The notes: a model not told the origin generated them from the sequence alone. 40,000 bases of DNA from an uncultured Nitrososphaerota archaeon (GCA_963836465.1 CAWIJZ010000071.1:1-40000), one strand, 5' to 3'; positions 25,906 through 35,890 are shown, numbered from the stretch's first letter. Numbers and translations: made by a program.

Positions 25906-26409
25906 CTGGCTTCTTGACCTTCCTTTCGACTCTGATAAACTCGATTCGGGTATCGGGGTACTGCCCGTTGGAGTCCTTCTCGTATGGCTTTACAACGTCC
26001 CAAATGTTGAGAAGGGCGACAGCCACTGCTGTCAAAGCTTCCATCTCGACTCCCGTCTTCTCGTGAGCGGCCACGGTGACGGACACTTCGACGCCATCCT
26101 TCGCGAGCTCCGCCTTGGTCTCTGTCGTTTCGATTCTCAGGGGGTGGCAGAGCGCTATCAGGCTGGGGGTCTGCTTGGCCCCCGTGACGGCTGTTAGCCT
26201 CGCCAGAGAGATCGGGTCCCCTTCTCGACTCTGCCCTTTCTTATCCGGGCTATCGTCTTTTCGCTGAGCCTGATCTTCCCCACAGCTGTTGCCAGGCGGA
26301 AGACTTCTGGCTTCCTCGATATGTCTGCTTGTGTAAACGCCACAGGGCCAATGCGGTCGAAAGATGTTATAGGCTTTCCCCACGATTGCCCTGTCGAAGC
26401 CGCAATCAT
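25892..26409 (-). pseudogene. moaC: Cyclic pyranopterin monophosphate synthase MoaC; one frameshift as sequenced
   Basis: The N-terminal part is in ORF 26194-26409 (...FTQADISRKPEVFRLATAVGKIRLSEKTIARIRKGRVEKG). The remainder is in ORF 25892-26383 (DPISLARLTAVTGAKQTPSLIALCHPL...HEKTGVEMEALTAV). The break is at the C4/G4 run at 26219-26222; one more G restores RKGRVEKGDPISLARL. Confidence 0.8.
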
Positions 26410-26469
26410 ATGCGACTTGCGAATGGGATCGGAGCTGAACGTAGTCGGGTCTTGCGCGCAGATCGAGGA

Positions 26470-27329
26470 CTACGCCTCGGCCTTGGCGACATTTCTGAGG
26501 GTGCCGATCTTGTCGATCGTTCCTTCGAGCACGTCTCCGTCTTTGAGGAATGGTCCCCCCGTTGCGGCAGCCACGCCGCTGGGTGTTCCAGTCGATATTA
26601 TGTCCCCTGGCCTGAGGGTTATCCCAGTCGAGGCGTACTCCACCAGTCTGTCGACCGTGTAGATCATGTCGGCTGTATTGGCGCTCTGCTTGACGACGCC
26701 ATTGACCGCCAGAGATATCTTCAGTTTCTGAGGATCTGGTATTTCATCGGTTGTCACCAGCCAGGGTCCGAGCGGGAAGGCCCCGTCCATTGACTTGCCA
26801 AGCACCCAGTTCATCCCGAAGGGGTTTGGCTTACCCTCAGGTATCTTGCTGCCTGAAAATCTCTGAAGCTTACGTCGTTCGAGACAGCATAACCCGCTAC
26901 GTGTTGCAGCGCGTTCTCCCTTTTGATGTACTTCCCTTCTTTCCCTATTATGACAGCGAGCTCCACCTCCCAATCGACCTCCTTCGAGACCTTCGGTAGG
27001 AGTATCGGGTCTCCTGGGCCCCTCAGAGCGTTCTTGAACTTCGTAAACAGGTATGGTTCTGGATACGGCTCGGCGTCCTTGGCACCTCCTTCCTTGATGT
27101 GAGCCCAATAGTTAGCCGCGATGCAGAATATCTTCTCGGGTGAGAGGACGGGGCTGAGTAGTCTCACAGACGAGACAGGCACTCCGTGTCCCACTTTCGA
27201 GACTCTGGCACCAGACGCCAATATCCTGTCCACTGTAATATCTCTCTCAGCGCTAACAGGATATATCTTATCGTTCTCGACAATCCCCGCCCTGATGACA
27301 CTTCCTTCAAGATAGTTTGCTAGTCTCAT
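26470..27329 (-). pseudogene. Fumarylacetoacetate hydrolase (FAH) family protein; one frameshift as sequenced
   Basis: The N-terminal part is in ORF 26811-27329 (...KIFCIAANYWAHIKE...VDWEVELAVIIGKEGKYI...AGYAVSNDVSFRDF). The C-terminal part is in ORF 26470-27108 (SGSKIPEGKPNPFGMNWVLGKSMDGAFPLGPWLVT...GDIISTGTPSGV). The break is at the A4/T4 run at 26855-26858. Confidence 0.8.
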
Positions 27330-27649
27330 AGCACCATACCCATTTCAACCACTTGTTAAAACTTTCATGCTCCATCTGCGAGTATCTCTTCAAGAAATCA
27401 TGGAACCGTAGAAACTCCTGGTGTGTCTGGAGTGCTGAGTGACACTTCGGGTTGCTCTTCGCATGGGAGGAATTCAAAGGACAATGACTCGCTCGATTAT
27501 CGGGAAATCAGCGTGCCCATCTGTTGGAATTGTCTCTGTGTGAGATAGCCAGTTGGCTGATGTCAGGATCGACGCATTCAGAATGAACGGGTTGCAGCGG
27601 CTGTTCGGCCAGCCACATCTTGCGCTTTCTTCTCTTCTTTCCACGACCT

Positions 27650-29569
27650 TCAGCTGCCCAGAACAATCGGAAGAATGATGTGTGATGGTGTTTCGGCTTC
27701 GTGATGTACCGTCTGCTGCGCTCTCCTCGCAGCTTCCCATGAACTCTCCCAATGCCCCGTGTTTGTGTTTCTGTCGAACCTTGGGAAATTGCTGCTGGAG
27801 ATTTCGACTCTAATCTTGTGACCTTGCCTGAAGAGGTTGCTTGTCGCCACAAGGTCTATATCGAATTCGTAGGTCCGGCCGGGTTCTAGGAGACTGGGTG
27901 TTTCGAGAGACTCCCTGAAACGAGCTCGAGCTATTCCGTCGCAAAGATTTCTCGCATAGCCATCGGGATGAACGTCAACCAGCTTTCCCGTGAAGTCGGT
28001 GTCTACGGCTGAACTGCTAGCCCATAAGCGGATATGCACCGGTCCCGTAACTTCAATGGCCCTGTCAAGGGCATCTGTGGTGTAGACGAGCACATCCTCC
28101 CTCTTCTCGAGTGCGCGTTGGTCGAAGACCCCGGGCGAAAGGCCCGGATGCCCTGACGGAACTATCGCACCCCCAAGCGTTGGAACTGGATTCTCCGGAC
28201 TGTAGACGTAAGCATCCGGCGGCTCGTGTAGCGGGGGCTCGATACTTAGCGTGCCATCTCCGCTCAGAGTGTTCGCGTTTCCTCTGCTATGAAAGTGGAA
28301 TCGCGTGTACTTGGTTCTCGGCAAAGGCCAGTCGTTCTCTGTTCGCCACTTGTTCGCCCCCATCACGTAGAGGAGCACCGGGGGCTCTTCCATGATTCCG
28401 TTTTCATCCCCTTTCAACCAATGGTCAAACCACCTGAATTCCGTCGATTCGAGCCCGACAGCAGCACCCTGAGAAAGGAATCCAGCATTCCAATTGCCTA
28501 TGACGTTGCTCAAGTAGAGTTCGTGAAACCATGGGCCTATCACAAGTTTCTGATTTCGGCTTCGTTTCCCACGACTGAGACCAAGATAGTTCCGAAGTGT
28601 TCCCTTAAGGAAGATATCATACCACCCGCCCACATGTAGAGCTGCTACATCGAGCTCTTCATAATGCCGTTCATGGTCGATCTCCTTCCAGAACTCGTCG
28701 TATGCGGGATGTTCAGTCCAATCGTAGAAATATCTAGCTACTTGGTGCTTGCTGAACGTTTCAATTGCCGCGGGCGCGGGAGGCGAACACGTTCGTTCCA
28801 GATCGTCGTACGACGCGGCCAGGTCATCTGAAACAGCTGTCCTCTCTTCCTGACTAAGATTCAGTCTGGCCAACTCGTCAGACGCGAGACCTATTGTCCA
28901 AAGAATGTTGAACGCCAGAGTGAAGGCCGCTCCTTGGTAAGTCCAGCCGTCAAAAAGGTTTGACCCTGTCAGTTCAGGAGATATCGCCAGAAGCTGCCTT
29001 GGCTTTGATATGGCAGCCGCTAGTTGCGTGACGCCTGTGTATGAGCTCCCCCACATGCCCACCTTCCCGTTCGAGTAGGGGAGACTTGCTGCCCATTGGA
29101 CAGAATCGTAGCCATCCTGGGCTTCATTGAAAAAAACATTGAACTTGCCCTCCGACGAAAACCTACCTCTGACGTCTTGAACAATAACAGCGTATCCTCG
29201 CCTTGCTGCGCGCAGGGGGCTCAGGTGCACTCCTATGGGAGGAGCGACACCTTCCTTGTCGTATGGCGTTCGGTGGAGAAGGACGGGGAACCTTCCCTCC
29301 TCATCGGGACGATATACGTCCGAGTAGAGAGTTATCCCATCTCGCATGCGACACGGCACATTCTTCTCGACTAATATTCTTCGATAGGTCTTCATCTCCA
29401 TTGGTTTTGTTCTCGTTTGATTATATGTTATCTCTTCAGGCGGAGCGCAAATGAATAGGGATACTCCTCGAACAGATTGCATCAGCTGCTCGCATTCCTC
29501 TACGGGCCAGGTCGAGTAACCCCACTCGGTCCTACTCAGCAACTCAAGAGAGGAGACTGAAATGCGCAA
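27650..29569 (-). CDS. CocE/NonD-family hydrolase (S15 X-Pro dipeptidyl-peptidase-like alpha/beta hydrolase)
   Basis: It has a family-typical N-terminus (VPCRMRDGITLYSDVYRPD), a nucleophile elbow (GMWGSSYTG) and a C-terminal beta-sandwich part. The true start is probably the internal MEMKTYRR at about 29401. Confidence 0.8.
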   Translation of the reverse strand: MRISVSSLELLSRTEWGYSTWPVEECEQLMQSVRGVSLFICAPPEEITYNQTRTKPMEMKTYRRILVEKNVPCRMRDGITLYSDVYRPDEEGRFPVLLHRTPYDKEGVAPPIGVHLSPLRAARRGYAVIVQDVRGRFSSEGKFNVFFNEAQDGYDSVQWAASLPYSNGKVGMWGSSYTGVTQLAAAISKPRQLLAISPELTGSNLFDGWTYQGAAFTLAFNILWTIGLASDELARLNLSQEERTAVSDDLAASYDDLERTCSPPAPAAIETFSKHQVARYFYDWTEHPAYDEFWKEIDHERHYEELDVAALHVGGWYDIFLKGTLRNYLGLSRGKRSRNQKLVIGPWFHELYLSNVIGNWNAGFLSQGAAVGLESTEFRWFDHWLKGDENGIMEEPPVLLYVMGANKWRTENDWPLPRTKYTRFHFHSRGNANTLSGDGTLSIEPPLHEPPDAYVYSPENPVPTLGGAIVPSGHPGLSPGVFDQRALEKREDVLVYTTDALDRAIEVTGPVHIRLWASSSAVDTDFTGKLVDVHPDGYARNLCDGIARARFRESLETPSLLEPGRTYEFDIDLVATSNLFRQGHKIRVEISSSNFPRFDRNTNTGHWESSWEAARRAQQTVHHEAETPSHIILPIVLGS

Positions 29570-29718
29570 AGGTCAACTCCGTCGCGGTTGGATAGTCGCA
29601 GCTGCTCCTGGAACGAATTCGTTCCGCTTGCGACCAGTAGTGGATGACCAGTCGCGCCCTTCATCAACTCCCCGAATCAAGAACTCGAGTTTGCCTTTTC
29701 CTTCTTTGCTTGAGACGC

Positions 29719-31137
29719 TCACTTCTTCCTCTCGCCGAGTCTCTCCCTCAGGAGCGTGGCGACGACCCTCGGATCGGCCTTCTTGTCCTGCTGTATGACC
29801 TGACCTATCAAGAAGTTAAAGGCCTTGGGGTCTTCGCGGGCCTTCTGGATCAGATTCTGTCGAAGAGCCAGCACTTTCTCTACAATTTCACCGAGTAACG
29901 TTTCGTCGGTAACGGCTCTGTGGCCCGTCCGAGTAACAACAGCCTCGGCTGATTCGCCTGTTGTAATCATCTCCCTGAGCACGTCCCTCGCCTGAACCCT
30001 CGTGAGCGCGTTCGCCTCGACCATCGACAGGAGCTCTGCGAAAGCCTGTGGCTTGAGGGGGATCTTGCCTTCTCGGGACCTATTCTTGCGCACCTCCCCT
30101 ACGAGCCAGTTGGCAACCTCGACGGCGTTGTAATGGCGCTTCACCGTCTCGTCAAAGAGCTTCGAAAGCACTCTATCGCGGGCGATCTCTAGCGCAACCT
30201 GCTCATGGATGCCATTCTCCTTGACATATCTTTCTGCGCGTGCCTCTGGGAGCTCCAGCGTGGCGCTCCGGATTCTTTCCACATCGCTCGCCGTGAAGTG
30301 AACTGGTACTAGGTCGGGCTCCGGGAAGTATCGGTAGTCCTGCTCCTCCTCCTTTGTCCGAAGGGCTATTGTTATGCTCCTCCTTTCATCCCAATGCCTT
30401 GTCTCGCTCTTCTTTTTCGGTCCCTCAGCCTCGAAGGTCCTCTGCCTCAGGATCTCGTAGCTCAGAGCTTTCTCAACCTCCTTGAAAGAGGAGATGTTCT
30501 TGATCTCGACCCTTGATCCGCTTCCCAGGGAGACATTCGCGTCGCATCGCATGGCGCCCTCAAGTTCGCCGTTGGACACGCCGAGGAATTCGATTATTCT
30601 CCTCAGCCTGGCGAGGAAGATTTTCGCGTCACGCGCGCTGGAGATATCAGGTTCCGTAACAATCTCAACCAGAGGTATCCCAGACCTGTTGTAGTCCACG
30701 AAGCTGTGGCTCGAATGCTCAATCGTTCCCTCGTAGGTCAGCTTTCCAGGGTCCTCCTCGAGCTGAACCCTTCGTATTCTCACCTCTCTGTCTTCAAGAC
30801 GCACACTACCGTTGGTAGCTATCGGTATTCCCCCAGCCTTGTCGTACTGACTGATTTGGAAGCTCTTCGGGAGGTCTGGGTAGAAATAGTTCTTACGATA
30901 GAAAAGAGTCCTCTCAGCGATCGAACAGTTCAGCGCTAGTGCTATCGTGACGGCGCACTCAACGGCCTTCTTGCTGACAACGGGGAGCGAACCCGGAATG
31001 CCAAAGCAGACGGGGCAAATCACTGTGTTCGGGTCCTTCTCCCTGTAATCAGACGAGCAACTACAGAAGAGCTTCGTAGGAACGCAAGTCAACTGGCAGT
31101 GCACTTCAAGACCGATCCTTATTGACGAGTCAACCAT
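29719..31137 (-). CDS. gatB: Asp-tRNA(Asn)/Glu-tRNA(Gln) amidotransferase subunit B
   Basis: 472 aa. It has IGLEVHCQL, NRSGIPLVEIVTEPD and CDANVS, plus a YqeY-like tail. Confidence 0.92.
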   Translation of the reverse strand: MVDSSIRIGLEVHCQLTCVPTKLFCSCSSDYREKDPNTVICPVCFGIPGSLPVVSKKAVECAVTIALALNCSIAERTLFYRKNYFYPDLPKSFQISQYDKAGGIPIATNGSVRLEDREVRIRRVQLEEDPGKLTYEGTIEHSSHSFVDYNRSGIPLVEIVTEPDISSARDAKIFLARLRRIIEFLGVSNGELEGAMRCDANVSLGSGSRVEIKNISSFKEVEKALSYEILRQRTFEAEGPKKKSETRHWDERRSITIALRTKEEEQDYRYFPEPDLVPVHFTASDVERIRSATLELPEARAERYVKENGIHEQVALEIARDRVLSKLFDETVKRHYNAVEVANWLVGEVRKNRSREGKIPLKPQAFAELLSMVEANALTRVQARDVLREMITTGESAEAVVTRTGHRAVTDETLLGEIVEKVLALRQNLIQKAREDPKAFNFLIGQVIQQDKKADPRVVATLLRERLGERKK

Positions 31138-32586
31138 GACTCATCACACTCTCATAGGCGTGGGCCGATTCAAGGAGCAGGTCCTCCCTGAAATGAGGGG
31201 CCATGAGCTGAAGGCCTATGGGATGGCTCCGTCTACTTCCGCATGGCACACTCACAGCTGGTAAACCAACGAGGTTTGCGGGAACGGTGTTCACGTCCAT
31301 CGCGTACTCCTCGAGCGGGCTCATCTCGTCCCTAAGCCTGGGAGGGAGGACTGGCATTGTTGGCGTCGCGAGAAGGTCGAATCTCTTGAAGACTGACGCG
31401 AGCTCGTTTCTGAGCATCGTTCTGATCTTCTGAGCCCGGAGGTAGTAGGCTTCGGAGTAGCCGGCAGAGAGCGCAAAGGTTCCGAGGAGAATGCGCCTCT
31501 TCACTTCGGCCCCGAAGAGCTCGCTCCTCGTTCGCGAGTAAGCAGCGTTCCAGTCCTCGCGGTCCCTCTCAGCGGCCCCACTCTGTCTTCCCACCGTACC
31601 GTACTCCATCGTACCTCGCGAGGTTCGAGCTCGCTTCGGCCATGGCAATGATGTAGTATGCAGCCAGGGCGTACTCTAGGGAGGCAACAGACACCTCCTC
31701 GACGACTGCACCGAACTCTTCGAACTTCGAAATCGCCTCTCTGACTGTGCGCTGCACGACGTGCTGCGTTCCCTCTGCCTCCATCGACTCGCGCAGCAAT
31801 GCCAGCCTGAGCTTACAACGTGGGGCCTTGAGGTACCTGAGATAGTCGTGATGCTCCGTCATCACAGATGTTCCGTCTCGGGGGTCATGGCCTGCTATGG
31901 CACTGAGAAGTATCGACACGCCGGCTACATCGCTTGCCATTGGGCCGATCTGCTCGAGGCTGTTCGCGTACGCTATGAGCCCGTACCTGCTAACGAGCCC
32001 GTAGGTGGGCTTCAGACCAACGATTGAGCAGAAGCTCGCGGGACAGCGTATGGACCCCCCAGTGTCTGAGCCCAAGGCGAGGGCCGCGATCCCCGCAGCC
32101 ACAGCAGCGCCGCTTCCACCCGAGGAGCCTCCAGGGGTACACTCCTCGTTCAACGGATTCACGACAGGTCCAAACGCGCTGCTCTCTGTCGTGGTCCCCA
32201 TGGCGAACTCATCCATGTTCGTCTTGCCGATGATGACCCCGCCCTGAGAAACAATTCGCTCAATCACGGTCGCGTCGTAAGGCGGCATGAAGCGCTCCAG
32301 CATTCTTGACGCACAGGTCGTTCTCAATCCCTTGGTGCAGATGTTGTCCTTCACTGCGACAGTCACTCCTGCTACGGACCCCGAGTCTTTCTCCGCGCTT
32401 AGCCTTCATATCAATCAGCCTCGCTCTGGCGAGAGCCTCTTCCGGACAGAGCGTGATGAACGCATTCAGTCTCGGATTCAGACGACTCGCCTTCTCCAGT
32501 GATTGGGAAACGTATTCCTCGCAGCTGGCCTCCTGAGTAATCACTCTTTTGGATATCTCAACCGCTGAGAGGCCTGTCAGGTCCAT
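31130..32586 (-). pseudogene. gatA: Glu-tRNA(Gln)/Asp-tRNA(Asn) amidotransferase subunit A; two frameshifts as sequenced
   Basis: Three overlapping ORF fragments (32260-32586, 31569-32366, 31130-31648) together give a colinear GatA. It includes the amidase signature (GGSSGGSGAAVAAG). The breaks are at the T3/A3 run at 32388-32390 and the C3/G3 run at 31590-31592. Confidence 0.88.
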
Positions 32587-32596
32587 GGCCAGATCC

Positions 32597-32917
32597 TCAG
32601 AAAACGCGTGGGGCTCTCACTAGCCTTCCCTTCCTCTTGGGGACGCCGTCTAGAATTGGAGCTGGGTCGGTTGGAACTACCTCCTCCCCTCGGAAGACAT
32701 TAGTCAACTCTGTTGTGTGGTACATGGGGGCAATGTTGCTAAGCTCCGCCCTGCCGATTATCCTGAAGTACTCTACAATGGCGGAGAGCTCTCTGCTGTA
32801 TCTCTCCTCCTCCCGCGGACCAAGGGAGAGGTGTGCGAGCTCCGCTATGCGCGCAACCTCGGCCTTAGAAATGACGACACCTTCTCCCTTTTTCTTCTCA
32901 AGCGACCCAGGGGGCAA
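32597..32917 (-). CDS. gatC: Asp/Glu-tRNA amidotransferase subunit C
   Basis: The C-terminal ~90 aa are GatC-like (ISKAEVARIAELAHLSLGPREEERYSRELSAIVEYF...). It lies directly upstream of gatA. The exact start is uncertain. Confidence 0.8.
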   Translation of the reverse strand: MPPGSLEKKKGEGVVISKAEVARIAELAHLSLGPREEERYSRELSAIVEYFRIIGRAELSNIAPMYHTTELTNVFRGEEVVPTDPAPILDGVPKRKGRLVRAPRVF

Positions 32918-33218
32918 TTCAGAGTTTTACCTTCATTTTTGCTTCGATTTATGCTTACCAACCCTCTTCCCCCACCCTGTTCTGACTCATTTACCGTGTG
33001 TTCATTCTCAGCAGGAACAGTCCTAGATCCTCATTCCACACGTCGGCCACTACCGGGTATCCGGCAATGTACCCTTTCTTAAACAGCCTAAAGCAAGTAA
33101 TCAGAGAGTCGACCTTCTCCTATACAACAGGCGGATTGACTAGGTTAGTTCCACCGCTTCCCGTGAGAGTACCTCCTGACGAAGCCGTTTTCGGGCGAAG
33201 ACGACGTCACGACCCAGG

Positions 33219-33845
33219 TCAAGAACCAGATGCTGCTGACCGTTGTCTCTCGTCCTCTCCCTTTGACGAAGGCTGCGAAGAGCTCGGAGGACCTTTCCAA
33301 ATTCTCAACCTTCCCCTTATTATCTCGCCCGACCGCTGACCCATTGCTGGTGTCGCAGTCTGAAACTTGTAGGCAACATGGACAAATCGATGCCATGGGT
33401 GGAGCCTCTCCGCCAGGTAGCTCTCCAGGCTCCGGTGCAGCTCGTCCCTGCTCGCAGACCTCACCCTCTGCTCTTGAGCTTCGACCTCGGCAACACTTCT
33501 TCGCCTTTGTTCCTGGATTACTTCCTCTCGCTTTATGAATGCAGTCTTGCTGCCGGTGACATACTTATCGAACAACGCAGCAGCAAAACCACCCAATTGT
33601 TCGCCTAGAGCTTCATACGGTCCACCACCCTCGGCCTCTATCTTTTTTTCTCTGCCCAGCAATTCGAGACAGGTCTCTCTTAAGCTGGCTTCGTAGATTC
33701 TATCGACGATATGGGCGCCCGCAAGAATGGAGTCCAGCTCCATTCCCAGGTCCGAGATCACCCTGTCGAGATCACGGTCCGACGATTGCACGATGAATAA
33801 CCTCCCCCAAGGAGGATGCACAGGACTGCAACTGTGAGATCTCAT
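33219..33845 (-). CDS. Hypothetical protein; may be the continuation of the upstream ORF
   Basis: 208-aa ORF that overlaps the upstream ORF by 74 nt. It has a helical, charged middle (KREEVIQEQRRRSVAEVEAQEQRVRSASRDELHRSLESYLAERL). I recognise no family. Confidence 0.4.
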   Translation of the reverse strand: MRSHSCSPVHPPWGRLFIVQSSDRDLDRVISDLGMELDSILAGAHIVDRIYEASLRETCLELLGREKKIEAEGGGPYEALGEQLGGFAAALFDKYVTGSKTAFIKREEVIQEQRRRSVAEVEAQEQRVRSASRDELHRSLESYLAERLHPWHRFVHVAYKFQTATPAMGQRSGEIIRGRLRIWKGPPSSSQPSSKGEDERQRSAASGS

Positions 33846-34170
33846 TGGCAGCGGCCCAGCGCTCCAGGTTTGTCACACACTTAGAGGAAAGCGCGAGAAC
33901 CTGCTCGAGGCTGACTGACTTCGTCTTCGAGAAGCCGCCGACCTCCTTGAGGTCCTCAACGAGCTGGCTCACGCCGAAATCCCTCGCAACGGCTTCCAGA
34001 CCAATTCTGTCGACTTCATTTTCAAATTCTCTCTCTATGTTCGTGACCGAACCACTCCCTATCTTCTTGTAGGATCGGCCGACTGTTCGAAGAATCTCTT
34101 TCCTAGTCATGCTGTAGAGATATCCCTCGATGACCGCCTTCCTCAGGGCAGTAGGGAGACGTTCAGGCAC
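33772..34170 (-). CDS. Hypothetical protein with a possible N-terminal HTH
   Basis: 132-aa ORF. ALRKAVIEGYLYSMTRKEILRTVGRSYKKIGSGSVTNIEREF resembles a DNA-binding helix pair. I recognise no family. Confidence 0.45.
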   Translation of the reverse strand: MPERLPTALRKAVIEGYLYSMTRKEILRTVGRSYKKIGSGSVTNIEREFENEVDRIGLEAVARDFGVSQLVEDLKEVGGFSKTKSVSLEQVLALSSKCVTNLERWAAANEISQLQSCASSLGEVIHRAIVGP

Positions 34171-34444
34171 GAAGGTGCCAACTGTTTTGGTGATATTTAC
34201 GTCATGCGCCGAACTGCTAAACCGAAGTCGTCTTCAGGAGCGCTGTCGGTCATTAGGTCATTTGAGACGACGACTTGGTCAACAGTGTCACTATCAAGGC
34301 ACCTGCAATCCACAAACCGAGAGTTCGGTCAAAACAGACCAGAGGAGAAAGACCTGGTCTCGCGGTTTTCCCTAGGTCTACTCTAGGCTCCTAGCTCGCT
34401 ACAGCATGACAGTACCGTAAAAGTACGGAAATGCCAAAAACCAT

Positions 34445-34542
34445 TTGACCGATTTGACGTATTCGACCGATCTGACCGATACTAGAGCTCCTTTGACCGT
34501 CATTTGACCGTTCATTTGACGCGTTTGACCGATCTGACCGGC
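34445..34542. repeat. Array of nine degenerate TTGACCGAT-like direct repeats (iteron-like), arranged as 4 + 5 copies
   Basis: The YTGACS / TCGACC core starts at 34445, 34454, 34463, 34472 (strict 9-bp register), then at 34493, 34504, 34516, 34525, 34534. The sequence reads ttgaccgat ttgacgtat tcgaccgat ctgaccgat - actagagctcct - ttgaccgtcat ttgaccgttcat ttgacgcgt ttgaccgat ctgaccggc. Confidence 0.85.
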
Positions 34543-34705
34543 TGCTGGATATCAAGCTTGATCTGTCGCACGTGGATAATGCCAAGCATCTATTGAGCCG
34601 TGGCGAGGTTGGCGAAGCAAAAGAACGCACTAGAGGGGCGAGGCAAGGGAAGGCTTGGCGGCGAGTTTCACTCGACAATAGTGAGTGAAACGCTCAGCAT
34701 AACGA

Positions 34706-35709
34706 TTAGTAGAACAAGCCATAGCGCTGGTGACGTTCCCTTGAGGTACGTACGCCCTGTTGGGAAGGAGGGCCACGGAAGTAATCTAGCTTCACCTGAG
34801 CGCTTGTCTTCTCGATTTCGGCTAGCTCGCGACTTGAGAGCTTGAGCTCCCCACCCCGAACGTTCTCCTCGGCTTGCGAAGCGTTCTTCACTCCTAGAAT
34901 CGGCACGACATCTTTTTGGAAGTGATCCAGCTGATGGCAACCTGGCTCACTGTCGCTGAGTGCTTCCCCGCGATGGTGAACAATACGGCGAGCAATTTCT
35001 CAATCTGGACCATGTTCCGCCGGGTGAAGAGCTGACTGAAGAGCCTGTTCGACTCACGTACATCGCCCTTCGGGACGTTCGTGGCATTGTATTTGCCCGT
35101 CAGCGCACCCTGGGCCAGCGGGCCCCATCCCAGAACCGTGATCCCCATCTTCTCGCAGTATGGAAGGATCTCTTCCTCAATATCCCTCTGGAGTAGGTTG
35201 TATCGCACCTGATTCGAAACGATATCGACCTTCGAAAGACAGGATTGAGCTTCCTCGAGATCCCGGACAGCGAAGTTGCTGGCGCCGACCGCCCTGATCT
35301 TCCCTTCGTTGTACAGCCTCTCTAGAGCTTTCATAGTGTGCTTCAGCGGAATCTGCTCCCACGGGTTCAGCCAATGAACTTGGTATAGGTCGATCTCCGA
35401 CACACCCAGCCGAGCCATACTCGCTTTGCATGCCCTTAGGACGTCGTCGTATCTCAGATGCGCTCCGTTGACTTTTGTGGCAACAACGAAGTTCTCTCGG
35501 CCCAGCTTTCGGAGTGCCTGGCCCAAGACCTCTTCGCTGTGGCCATTGCCGTAGGCCTCTGCAGTGTCAACGAGGTTCACCCCAAGTTCGTGTGCCCTCT
35601 CGATTGCCCCGATAATCTCCAGGTCGTCTACCTTCCAGTCCCCGCTCGCCTGCCAGGCACCGATTCCGGCCCTTGAAATCTTGATTCCGCTGTCGCCAAG
35701 CTCCATCAT
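34706..35709 (-). pseudogene. Aldo/keto reductase; one frameshift as sequenced
   Basis: It has AKR motifs (VDTAEAYGNGHSEEVLG, DLYQVHW, AVGASNF). ORF 34894-35709 ends ...ISWITSKKMSCRF-stop. The adjacent frame continues VVPILGVKNASQAEENVRGGELKLSSRELAEIE. The break is at the T5/A5 run at 34913-34917. Confidence 0.85.
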
Positions 35710-35724
35710 GTCGTCCTGAACCTG

Positions 35725-35890
35725 GGAGCTGCCTATCTATTTCTTTCTTTGTCAGGAGCTGCCTATCTATTTCTTTCTTTGTCAGGAGCTGCCTATCTAT
35801 TTCTTTCTTTGTCAGGAGCTGCCTATCTATTTCTTTCTTTGTCAGGAGCTGCCTATCTATTTCTTTCTTTGTCAGGAGCTGCCTATCTAT
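35725..35890. repeat. Perfect tandem repeat: 30-bp unit GGAGCTGCCTATCTATTTCTTTCTTTGTCA, 5 full copies plus a 16-bp partial copy
   Basis: Copies start at 35725, 35755, 35785, 35815, 35845 and 35875 (partial), with no mismatches seen. The array begins 15 nt upstream of the aldo/keto reductase ATG (35709, minus strand) and ends 33 nt from the stop of the disrupted gdh copy. Confidence 0.95.

Noticed and set aside
29402-29569. A 56-aa N-terminal extension of the CocE/NonD hydrolase, as a possible signal or novel domain.
   Set aside because: The extension is not hydrophobic like a signal peptide. The family-typical N-terminus begins at the internal Met (MEMKTYRRILVEKNVPCRMRDG), so this is likely an ORF-caller artefact.
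34391-34678. 95-aa minus-strand ORF covering the iteron array.
   Set aside because: Its sequence is low-complexity and periodic (IGQIGRIRQIGQ, SDRSNASNERSND) because it reads through the 9-bp repeats. It has no start context or recognisable domain.
34665-34691. A hairpin (GTTTCACTC, 9-nt loop, GAGTGAAAC) about 15 nt after the aldo/keto reductase stop, as a transcription terminator.
   Set aside because: No oligo-T tract follows on the gene's strand, and that is the usual archaeal termination signal. A 9-bp stem alone is not enough evidence to call a terminator.
35725-35890. Possible CRISPR array, given regular ~30-bp repeats and a cas1 gene in the same window.
   Set aside because: The copies are directly contiguous with no spacers, and the unit has no CRISPR-like structure. 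The cas1 gene is 30 kb away, inside a TIR-bounded transposon. This is a plain tandem repeat.
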